NCBI RefSeq assembly: GCF_048593235.1
Contig: NC_133619.1
Coordinates: 362,280,454-362,344,453, forward strand
Reading direction: 5' to 3'
DNA length: 64,000 bases
From: Sminthopsis crassicaudata
Taxonomy: Eukaryota
The notes under the pieces were generated by a model. That model was not told the DNA's origin. It worked only from the letters and a program-made list of their open reading frames with translations, and did not search any database. The position numbers and the translations under genes were made by a program. Below, piece after piece: positions 10,931 through 21,441 of the stretch. Each line of letters begins with the position of its first letter. The stretch's first letter is position 1.

Positions 10931-13852
10931 CCAACTAGCAACAAACATATAATAGTCCTTGGCTACTTAATCCTAATATATTTTCCAAACTGGGGAATCA
11001 TGAAGGAAAGGCAGAAGGAAAACAATTGACTTTCACCAGAAGCAAAACAAAATTTAGTAATACACACACAGAACTTCCTTTTCCATTCCTTATTTGCTTT
11101 GCCTCAGGATATGGATATTCTATCTTTCAAGCAAAGTAGTACAGAGCCATCAATCAGAAACTGCCATCAAAAAAAAAAAAAACTTTAGAAAAGCAAATAA
11201 TGACATACACATTCATACTTTTTAACATGTCGGTTGAAGACAGAACTGGCTTAGTGTTTTTTTTTTTAACCTTCAAAAATAAAAACAATTATATACTGAA
11301 ATTCATTAAAATCGCTTATAGAACTGAGCATCCACATGCTAAACTCATGAGAGGAAGTCAAACAGTACCATGGGAGGATTTAACATCAGGGGACTTGAGT
11401 TCTAATTCTGACTCTCTATACCCTTCAATAAATCATCACACCCTCTGAGACTCAGTTTTCTTATTTGTAAAAAAGGAGAACTGGAAGAGATGATTCCAAA
11501 GTATCTTCTAGCTCTAAATCTATGGTCCACGAGGCATTAAAGCTTATAATTTATACATACCAATTTGGATAATACAACAGATGTGACTTAAAGTGCTATG
11601 CTACCCCATTCATTGAGTCTAAAATGTTTCTTGGAGAATTGTCCTTAGTATTTATTTCTGAGCTAAGCTCCTGGACAGATATGGTGGAACTGGATTTAGG
11701 GCATTATTAATTTCTGAGAAATGAATTTATTCTGTTTAAAATCTATAAATAAAAATGTAACTAACTAGATTTGAATTCTAAGAATCTAGCTCTAGCTATG
11801 TACCCAGGAACAAAAGAGTGTAATTCTAATATCCATGTTTAAGACTCAAAATCTATTACTATCTATCCCAAATGGACAGAGAAACTTAATCCTGTGAAAT
11901 ATTCTGGGCAGATGTCTCCAACTCTTACATTTCAAGTATGTCCCATTCACATGAATATTCTAGATCAACAGGCATGGAATTGATCCTCATTTAATTCCTA
12001 CCAGACCTGTAACTTAAATGCCTTCTTTTCCATTTTACCTTCTATAAAGTCATTGATGGCATTTCAAGGTAAGGTAAGGAGAGGAGATGTAAAAGAAGAA
12101 AAGAGAAAAAGAAGAGAGGAAAGAAGAAGGGAGAGAAAGGTCAGAGCCACTTACTTAAGCTTTTTTTCTGGGGACAGATTCTCTTTGAGAACAGAAACAA
12201 CAAGGTTGAGGGAAAGCAAATAGGTCTGGCAAGTAACAACCTGCCATCTTTGGAGGTGACTCAGGGTCAACAGAGCAAACCACCTCAAAGCCCAGCTTCA
12301 GGCTAGAAGCTTTCAGGCTGGGGCTGGAGTCAGCCAGGGAAGGGCTACCAGACACCTGCATATTAAAGGGAGGGAAGCAAAGGTGGAAAATGGAGGCCGC
12401 AAGAATAGACAACTTTTTAAATCCTGTCCAGGGGAAGAAATAAGATCCTAAGAAGTTTCGGCATGAAATGGGGCTAAAAACCATCTTAATTTTCAATTAA
12501 CCAAGAGCCAAGGGCTGATCTTCTCAGAGGATTTGAGTTGGGAGCTCAGAAGTTACAAACTAGGCCACTGGACAGCAACCTTGCTAGTTTCCTCCTGTCG
12601 GCAGCAGGGATAGAAAAGCAAGCACACTCATTTTGTGACACCCCAACAGCATTCAAAAAGGATGTGCGGTTGTGTCACTTGGAGCAATCAGAAAACCAAC
12701 CTTTGACATGAAACAGCAGGCAGATAATAGGACTCAAGCTGACGACAAATGAGACGGCATTTAATTTGCTGTGCAATGTTCATGTAATTAGATACATTTG
12801 ATACAGACACGGAGGGAGATAGCTAAAATATGGGCTTGATAAATTGGGGCTCCATCAAGCTCTGATCACATTAATCATAAAGCCAAAGCTCAGTAACTAC
12901 ATTTTTTTTCCCCTGAGTATTGCCATCTTTTCAGGAGTGAATGAGTAAGAAATGTGTGTATGTGTGTGTGTGTGTAAGTGCATTATGGTACATTTCTTTT
13001 AACTAAAGCAGGTGACTGTAAGTACTGTCAAACACTTGTGTCTCCTTTTGGCACATGGATGATATAGAAGCTCACTGAGGAAGGGAAAATTCTGACTGAA
13101 AACATGCATTTTGGCAGCAATGCAATGACTTGGAGAGAATTTAGGTTTCTTACAAATGTTCATTTATTTTAAGTGGGGAGGTCCAGTTCTTTGGTGTTCT
13201 CAGTGTGAAAAGTCCTAGTTCTAATACAGATGATCTAAATTGAAGAGAACTATTAAAAAGGTTCATGAGATAACAGGTTTAAGGATGGAAAGGAACAAAG
13301 ATGTTATTTAGGTTTTTTTTTGTTTTGTTTTTTGTTTTTTTGTTTTTTTTACTATAGACAATGTATACAATACTACTACTACTACTAATATATAATATTG
13401 TCCAAGGGCCAATAACTGACAGGAAATAATTGACAGGGCCAATATTTGAACTAAGAAGTGAATTATGATAAAAATAGCCATTATAAACAGTAATACTTTG
13501 CATGCAAATAGTGGCTATGTGGGGGGAAAAAAAGAGGCTTTACACATTACTTCACAGAGGATATCTCTAATTTTTCCACAGATAAGAAAAATGCAGCCAA
13601 GAAAGGCTAAGCAGATATAGGTGATAACAGCCATTCATTAAAAAGGCACATACTATCATTAGGGCCCTAAAGATTCTATAGGCCAACATTTTTCAACATC
13701 TCATTCCTTTGCAAAACCAAGGCTTCAAGAGCAAAGAGATTCTCCTTTATCCTTTGGTTCCTGTATGAGATGGACTGCTTACCTAATAGCTGCAACAAGC
13801 AGTTTTGAGATTGTGCTGCATTTTAAAAGAAACAAGAAGCATGATATAATTC

Positions 13853-14700
13853 AATTCAACAAGTATTATTCAAGTACCAACTATTTTCAGGCACTGAGCT
13901 AGGCAGTGGAGAATATAAAAATGAAAAATAAAAAGATATGGAATCTACTATATAAGTAAGCTTATAACCTAACAGAGATGATAAGATGCACACATTGAAT
14001 TTACAATTACATAAGGCAAAATAAGAGCATAATAAGAGAGATCTTGATCGTTTCCAGATAGAGTAGAGTAGGGAAAGTTTCATAGAAAAGGTACCTGAGA
14101 TAGGCCTTGAAGTAATGAAGGGAGTCTAAGAATACTGAAGCTATATGATTGAGATAGACAAAACATGATTTTTCCAAAATCAAAGACCTAAACAAGACTG
14201 AAGATCAAGTCTTTTCCATCATACCATATTACCTTTCTGTATCACTTTCCTTATCTTTAGAAAGATGAACTCCCTTCTAGACATAGGAGCAAAGCAAAGG
14301 AGATAGGAGCAGAAGAGGGGGAAAAACAAATCAGGGATGGAGAGTAATCTCAGTTTGGCTAAAAAACAAAGTACCTAAAAGGCACAAAAGCTAGAAAGAC
14401 AAATTAGATGCAAATTATTTATGGCCTTAAATACCAGGACAGAGAGTTGAAACCTTATGTGGAAGACAACTGGGAGCCACTGATGGTTTCAGAACAAGGT
14501 AATGATGTGATCAGAGCTTTGAATTAAGCAGATTGCAACAGTAATGATGTAATAAAAAAAAAGCAGATTAGAGAAGGGAGAAACAGAATCAGAAGGCCTG
14601 ATTCAGGGATACAAGTGGGAAGTAATGGGCATAGACTAGGGTATCAGCAATGGAAATAGAAAGTTTGTAAAGAATACATGTAATATTGCTCAGATAGGAT
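13853..14700 (-). mobile_element. L2 LINE 3' region
   Basis: attcaattcaacaagtattattcaagtaccaactattttcaggcactgagctaggc... followed by purine-rich antisense L2 sequence. Confidence 0.65.
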
Positions 14701-15293
14701 CACCAGATCATGGTATCTAAAGCAAGAAGGTATCCCAGAGAGGATTTGTTAGAATAGTATTGCCAGAGGGTTTTGGTTCCTTAATTAGCAACACTGAGGT
14801 GACTTTAGCGTTTGGTCCTGAATATTTCTCTTTGCCAGGGCAATCACTGTTGCAAGTTTCAGTAAGTCCTTGTTTATAACCTTTTGGAAAATCATCTCTA
14901 GAATACAAAGTTCTTCATATTTCCTGGTATTGTCAATTGTTCCCTTTCACAGACACTATACCTTATTTCAAGACACCAGCCTTATTCTTATTCATCTATG
15001 ATACTCCAGATACTGATTCCACACCTTTGTACTAGCTAGCCCCCATTCTTGTAATTCATTCTCTTCTCACCATTGTCTCTTGAGAACTTGAGTTTGTTCA
15101 AGATTCGGTTCAATCACCACTTCTTCCTATATAAAGCCTTTCCTGAAGACTTCTTTTATACCTACAACTGGCTAGTTGCATATTATTTTACATTTCCCTG
15201 GGTTGAATTACAATATCCTTGCAGGCAGACACTGTTTTATTGTCTTTCAATTCCCAAAACCTAGTACTGTGTTTGGCATCTATTAGGCATTTC

Positions 15294-15530
15294 GGAGGCA
15301 TCTAACTAGCACTTTGTTGAACTTAGAATGAGGAAGACACATTCAAATTCAGCCTCATACACTACCAATTCCGGGAAAGCTACTTATTAACATTTCTCAC
15401 CCTCAGTTTTCTCATCTGTAAAATGGGGATAATAGTAGCACTTAACTCCCAAGGCTATTATAGGGAGAAAATGAGATATTTGTAAAAGTGCTTTGCAATT
15501 GTCAATGAACCATAAAAATGCTAGCTAGTC
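15294..15530 (+). mobile_element. MIR-family CORE-SINE
   Basis: cctcagttttctcatctgtaaaatggggataatagtagcac...gtaaaagtgctttgc. Confidence 0.75.
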
Positions 15531-16172
15531 TTATTATTATTGATTTATTTTTTTAAGTAGTCTAGTGCTCCAAAGTAATAACTAATAGTGTACTGAAGAG
15601 AACCAATCATCTTGCTCCTGTTTTTGTTGTTATAGATTTAGGATAAAATAGCAGGGGTTTCTAGATTGACTCAGTGAAAATGAGTGGAACAAAAGGAGGT
15701 GTTTTTCATAGCTGGTGCTAAAAAAAGATCCAAGATCCATATGCATAAAATTAGCTCATAAACCTTCCAGGCTCTCTCCTGCTTTTCATGTACCTTCAGT
15801 CTGAATATTGCCCTGTTCTGACTTCTCTTCCTCTTCAAGTATTCCCCAGATACTAGTTTTCATGAGGTTTCACCAACTAGATGGTAGCCATCAAGTGCTT
15901 AGCTCTCAGAGAATTTGCAATTCACTCACATTCAAAGACTTAGCTCATCCCTTTCAGAGTCTTAACCAATTAAAGCAATTAAGTTAACCACATTCTGGTA
16001 TAGAAAACCCTTTACATTCTGTTCACAATTTAACCTCTCCTATTAAGCAAAAGTCAAGCTTAAAGTGATGCAAATAATAATCCTTTATGTTCACGTGGTA
16101 CTTTTGGATTTCGAGAAATACTTTTCATTGTCTCGTTTGATCTTTAATTTGGTACTAGTGTGCTCCTCTTGA

Positions 16173-16405
16173 GGGCAGTTAGGTGTGTGCAGTAGATAGA
16201 ACACTAGACCTAGAGTCAGGAAAGCTTGAATTCAAATCTAATATCAAGCACATACTAGATGTGTGACTCCAGGCAAGTCACTAAACCCTGTTTTCCTATT
16301 TCCTCATCTGTCAAATGAGCTGGAGCACAAAATGGCAAACTATTCCAGTGTCCTTGCCAAGAAAACTCCCAATAGGGTCCAGTCATATATGATTCAATAA
16401 CAAAT
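16173..16405 (+). mobile_element. Mar1-type CORE-SINE
   Basis: gggcagttaggtg head, core, tail aaatggcaaactattccagtgtccttgccaagaaaactcccaatagggt. Confidence 0.8.
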
Positions 16406-17432
16406 TCTTCCCTTGCAAATGAGGAAGCTTAGTTACGAAAAGGCTGTGTTTTGCCTAGGAACCCACAGTTACTTTGTAGTATGTTTGGAATGAGAACTGA
16501 GTTCTCCAGATTCTCAAACTTATGCTCAGTCCCCTAGACACTAGCTATATGAATGACATTCAAGTTTAAAGTTTAGATTTACTAACAGTCTGTTGAAAGC
16601 AAAATTTGTGCTTTTACTCTTTTGGTTTATTTAACTGGGATTCATTAAAGATGTTTAGCATTAAAATGGTGTTAGCTGGGCCAAAATAATAACCGATTCA
16701 TGATTTTGGTCTTTTGTTCCAAGGCTCATTGTTCAGTTTTGAAATACACTCATGAAGTATTTAGGTTGTCTCCCTCCTCAAGTTTAATGATGACCATTAA
16801 CCAGTTTCTAGATGTTAGGCATACATAAAATCCACAATGATCTCTCCTCTCCTCCAGGACTCTTAAAGCACAAGTATTCTTCCTTCTTAAGCTCTTTGGT
16901 ATAAAAAGCCCTGTTGCCAATTGCCCAATGAACTAGAAAAATATTGTTTCTATGATGGATTTCCTGGGAGACCTAAAGCTAAGCTTAAGGAACACATCTA
17001 GCATCATCATCACATGTATAGGAACCAAAGAAGTTCTCCAAAGCAAAACAAAACAAAACAAAAACCTCCCCCTAAACCCAGATGGGGGCCTCCAGTTACA
17101 GCTCTCAGGCTAGAATCCCCAATAAATGCAATCTTGCAGAATCCTGCTTAGCTGGCATGCCAAATCTGCAGAGATGATCACTTAATTACCATGTCCTTGC
17201 AGCTGATAAACCCCAACTGAGCTTTTCAAAACCGTGGGAGCTAAGAAGGGTTTAATAGACTGACTCAAAGGTCCACCCTGAAACAAAATGAATTGAGCTC
17301 ACTTAACAGCCTGAGATTTTCCAGTCTTCCTGAATTAACAACTCTTGGCTAGTACCACTTTTCCTAACCATGACAATCCTTTAGAGGCTTCCCAGGCAGA
17401 TGTGAAATGAAGCCTTCACCTAGAAGAGTAAT

Positions 17433-17690
17433 AGGCAGTTAGGTAGCTCAGTGGGTAGAGCACCATGCTTGGGGTAAGGAAAATATGAGTTCAAATCTAG
17501 TCTCAGACACTTACAAATTGTGTGGGCTAATTGTTTAATCTATGTTTGCCACAGTTACCCCAACTGCAAAATGAGAGTTACAACTGCACCTGTCTTTCAA
17601 GGTTGGATTGTTATAAGAATAAAATTAAATAATATTAGTAAAATTCTTAGCACATAAGCTATATATATGTATATGCTATATAAATGCTAC
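17433..17690 (+). mobile_element. MIR-family CORE-SINE
   Basis: ggcagttaggtagctcagtgggtagagcac...gagttcaaatctagtctcagacact...aaattcttagcac. Confidence 0.75.
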
Positions 17691-18570
17691 CTAGTGACTT
17701 GGACCAGTTCCAATATCATAGCACTGCATGCTATCCTCAACTAGAGACAAGGTTCCTAGTTCTCTTAAAATATGCCCCCCCGCCCGCCCCCATCTCCTTG
17801 GAAGGAAATTCTAAATATCAGTAGAAATTGGAAAATAGGCTACATTCTCTACAGGCATCTTAAGTTTTCCAGCAGGACTTCACAAAGAAAGGGGAGACAT
17901 TTAGGTTAACCTGCTTAGAAACTTTTTGCAGGAAGAAGCCATATAGGATGGGCAAGGAGGTTCAGAATCTTGGAGTTTAGAAGGGCAAGGTAGGAGAAAA
18001 CAGGAATCAGATTTGAAAACTAAGGAAAGAGAGTAAAGTAGCCAATGTTAGAGAAATTACCTAGGACAGGTATATACTTTTGCACCTATAGTTATAAAAA
18101 TAGAGAATAATAGCATGGCCAGCATATAAAACTTCATATGACTCTGATTAAAGAAATCTCACATCTAAAACAATCCCATTTCACAGATGGGGAGAAATAG
18201 AACTGAAACCTCTAGTGCCCTAGAATAAAAAACACAAGGAAGTTTAGAAACATTGCAAGTAGCTGATTCATAAGAAGGCTACTTGTTTCTTAAACAGTCA
18301 GAAAACTACAAACACATACACCCACACATATTTATAATATCAATTCAAGAAGGCCAACAGCAGATAGAAACAAATATTTTTTTTTAATTGTTAACTTTTG
18401 TATTTCCCTTCAAAGACAGCAAAGAGGGAGGTATCCAAAGTCAGCCAACTCTGTCTCAATTCAGGACACCTTAATGACAGCAGAGAGAGAGATGGAGAGA
18501 CCACACTGCAAATTCAGGGTAGGGAGGTTGGGGGTTGAGGGTGGCAAGCCGTCCATAGCCAAGATGCAAG

Positions 18571-18576
18571 ACTTAC
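18571..18576 (-). promoter_or_regulatory. 5' splice donor GTAAGT of the GLI2 exon
   Basis: Plus-strand acttac at 18571-18576 = consensus GTAAGT after exon-terminal GG. Confidence 0.9.
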
Positions 18577-18682
18577 CCATGAATAGCATGGATAGAGTGA
18601 GGTTCGTAATGATATCTTCCCTCCTGATGTCGCATGTCAATCGGTAAGGGAGCGTGGAACGCTGGAAGTAGGTGTTGTGGCA
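18577..18682 (-). CDS. GLI2: GLI2 internal coding exon (N-terminal repressor region; equivalent to human GLI2 exon 3), 106 nt, phase 1 to phase 2
   Basis: Reverse complement reads ttccacag|TG CCA CAA CAC CTA CTT CCA GCG TTC CAC GCT CCC TTA CCG ATT GAC ATG CGA CAT CAG GAG GGA AGA TAT CAT TAC GAA CCT CAC TCT ATC CAT GCT ATT CAT GG|gtaagt = (V)[34 protein letters not shown](G). This closely matches recalled human GLI2 [36 protein letters not shown] and differs from GLI3 (PIDARHHEGRYHYDP). Too short for the ORF track. Confidence 0.95.
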
Positions 18683-18726
18683 CTGTGGAAGGGGAGGGGG
18701 GAAAAGAGGAAAAGAAAAAAAAAAAG
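18683..18726 (-). promoter_or_regulatory. 3' splice acceptor and long polypyrimidine tract of the GLI2 exon
   Basis: Minus strand reads (T)n CTTTTCCTCTTTTCCCCCCTCCCCTTCCACAG directly before the exon. Confidence 0.9.
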
Positions 18727-19874
18727 GAACTTCAAAAACTCTTTTTTTCCCCCTTCCCTTTTAAAGCAATTTTCAAAGGGACTTAAAACTCCTTGAATTT
18801 CAGAGCAAGTGCAATACAGGACAAGGGGGCTTCAGGATCCCGGTGCTATCATATACCAGAGAAGTGGAATAAATAAATAATCAAAGACATCCCGAGAAAT
18901 CCTACATCTTCAACATAAAAGATCTCCAACCATGTTTCTGACAAAGACAAGCAGCTAAGCGCTCTTTGAACTTGGAGAGATTATAGGAAGTACCATGGAA
19001 CACTAGACTGCCTACGCAAATCAGAGCTGACAGATTCCCATTTCTGGGGACCTCCAACCCAAGCTGGCCTTGGCTGGGAGCAGCTTCAGCAGCACCCTTC
19101 TCCAGCATCCGTACACAGCAGAGCGATTAGGCTGGAAATATTTACCTAAGACCATCTGTAATATCAAGCCGCTTGCACATAAATGGCATGCCCATTAGCA
19201 GCCGCCAAAAAAAAAAAAAAAAAAAATCTGTGGCTTGGCTTCTGAGAAAGGCTCCTAAATTGCTCCTGCTTGTCAGCATTCGCAGCTCTATTTCTTATTC
19301 ATCTGAGGAGCTCTCTTCATCTTTGATGGAGAGATAAAGTGGTCTCCAAAGGCCCAGGACACCTACGTTGACTTATGAATTCTGTGAGTTTTAATATTTA
19401 TTACTGACCCAACATGAGATGTTGGGAACCTGTTGGAAGAAAATGCTAACAGGCTCAGGTGATATTCCAAAGGTTATTCTCTCAAGTGCTTATCTTTGCC
19501 CTCACCTTTCCTTCTAATAAGGATTATTTAAGAATATCGTTTGCTAAAAAGAAAAATGCTCCCCCTATTTTTAATGTTTTTAATTTCTATATAATCTATA
19601 TTTTAATATAAAATATTAATTTTAATTAATATAATAATTTTGATTTTTTAATATAAAAAGGCATTTGAAAAATAATGGGAAATTTTGTTGTTTTGTTATT
19701 TTAAACAGTTGAGAAACTAGATGGACAGTTAAAGTATAATTAAAAACCTTATTAAATCTATGGAAAAAACCCTGGAGTAGCAATCTAGGATAATTATAAT
19801 TTTTTAATAGTCAACCACTGAAGTCTCAGAGCCTCAGTTTCCTCAACAGTAAAAATGACAGGGTTGGACTAGGT

Positions 19875-20102
19875 GAGGCATTCTTAATCTGGGGTCAGAT
19901 TTCAGTGAAGGTTTACAAACTCAGATGAGGAAAAAAATGACATCTTTATTTTCACTAATTCTAGTTAAAAGTTAGATTTCCTTTAATTATAATTTTAAAA
20001 AAAACCCTACATTATTCTGGGAAGGAGTCCACAGCTTCCACCACGCTGGCAAAGTCATCCATCATAGACACAGATACAAACATACAAATATTAAGAACTC
20101 CT
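19875..20102 (-). mobile_element. hAT-Charlie (Charlie4-like) MITE
   Basis: Degenerate TIRs (ttcttaa...ttaagaactcc); internal atgacatctttattttcactaa; homologous to the copies at 23307 and 24712. Confidence 0.6.
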
Positions 20103-20404
20103 AGACAAGAAGGTTTTAAGTTTCTTCTTTTACTTATGGCTGGTAACATATTATTAACAGACAAAAGACACAGTCTGAAGAGTACAAGTTTTAATTCTTG
20201 AAAATGTTCAATGGCATCCAATTGTTTTACAGAATTCAAAGATTTATATCTGGAAGATATCTTGGGGGCTATCTGGTCTACCCCTGCCTATAACAGATAT
20301 GGGAAACTGAGGACCCAAATGTTTAAGTTATTGCTTAAGAACAGCTCAATGAGTAACTGAATCAGGTGTTGGGCCTTGATCTTTTATGAGATTGTAGGAT
20401 TTAT

Positions 20405-20643
20405 CATCTAGGTATCTTGGTGGTTCTGTAGTCCTGATTAGTCAGGAAGTCCTGAGTTCAAATCTGCCTGAGACACTTTCTAGCAGTGTGACTCTGGGCA
20501 AGTTACTTTACCTTATTTTAAAAGTTCCTCATATGTAAAAAATGAGCTAAAGAAGGAAATGGTGAACCACTACAGTATCTTTGTCAAGCAAACCACACAC
20601 AGAGTCACAAAGAGTCAGATATGACTGAATGACTGAACAACAA
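20405..20643 (+). mobile_element. Mar1-type CORE-SINE
   Basis: cctgagttcaaatc head; tail gaaggaaatggtgaaccactacagtatctttg...agagtcagatatgactgaatgactgaacaacaa. Confidence 0.8.
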
Positions 20644-20964
20644 TAAAGATATACTACTGGGATGAACCTTAGAGGTTCTCTATCCAATCCCATCATTTTA
20701 TAATTGAAAACCTTGAGGTATAGAAGGTAAATAACCTATGTAATTTGAAATATGGTATCTAGAGCTCTTTCACAAAAGAAACAGCAAAGGAAAATTTCAA
20801 AGAAAAATGTTTTCCTAAGTTCAGGACTACAAAGGTCTCCTAGAATCCTTTATAATTAGTCACATGCATTTGGGCAAATATAAAGTGTTGATAAAATACA
20901 TCAAAAATAATTCCAGTTGGCAACTAAACTATTCCCCTTGAAATCTTACTTATATTAGTCATTT

Positions 20965-21106
20965 TTTTTTTTTAAAAGGCTGGGGTTAAGTGACTTGCCC
21001 AGGGTCACACAGCTAGGAAGTGTTAAGTGTCTGAGATCAGATTTGAACTCGGGTCCTCCTGAATTCAAGGCTGGTGCTCTATCCACTGCGCCACCTAGCT
21101 GCCCCC
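20965..21106 (-). mobile_element. Young WSINE1-type CORE-SINE with TSD
   Basis: Near-identical to the 10666 copy. TSD tatattagtcattt at 20951-20964 and 21107-21120. Confidence 0.92.
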
Positions 21107-21197
21107 TATATTAGTCATTTGATTAATGAATCTTCTGTTAGAGATAATACAGATCCTAAATCTTGATTAATAGTGAGGTTTATCTATAGGCATTTAA

Positions 21198-21441
21198 TGT
21201 TGTTCAATCATTTCAGTTATATCTAACTTTTCATTATCCTATTTGGGATTTTCCTGGCAATGACACTGGATTAGTTTGTCATTTCCTTCTCCAGCTCACT
21301 TTACAGTTGAGGAAATTAAGGCAAATAGCATCCACTGTCTTGCCTGGGATCACACAGCTACTAAGTGTCTGAGGCTCTATTTGAACTCAGGTCTTCCTGA
21401 CTCCAGGGCCAGGGTTCTATTTACTGCACCACCTAGTTGTC
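21198..21441 (-). mobile_element. Mar1-type CORE-SINE
   Basis: ttgttcaatcatttcag...tgtcatttccttctccagctcacttttacagttgaggaaatt...tgcaccacctagttgtc. Confidence 0.8.

Larger units (their letters stand above)
1..18576 (-). other. GLI2: GLI2 intron downstream of the exon (intron 3 equivalent), partial
   Basis: Inferred. I did not find the next GLI2 exon (PPALSGSPVISDISL...) by eye in 1-18576; GLI2 5' introns are known to be tens of kb. Confidence 0.75.

Noticed and set aside
11907-11921. Minus strand TTG GAG ACA TCT GCC (ETSA) mimics the GLI2 start METSA
   Set aside because: No ATG, homology ends at once (QNISQD then stop), and it lies downstream of exon 3, so it cannot be the start exon.
16895-16935. 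TATAAAA followed by CCAAT-like words as an internal promoter
   Set aside because: Such words are frequent in AT-rich DNA, the order is atypical, and there is no CpG or other support.
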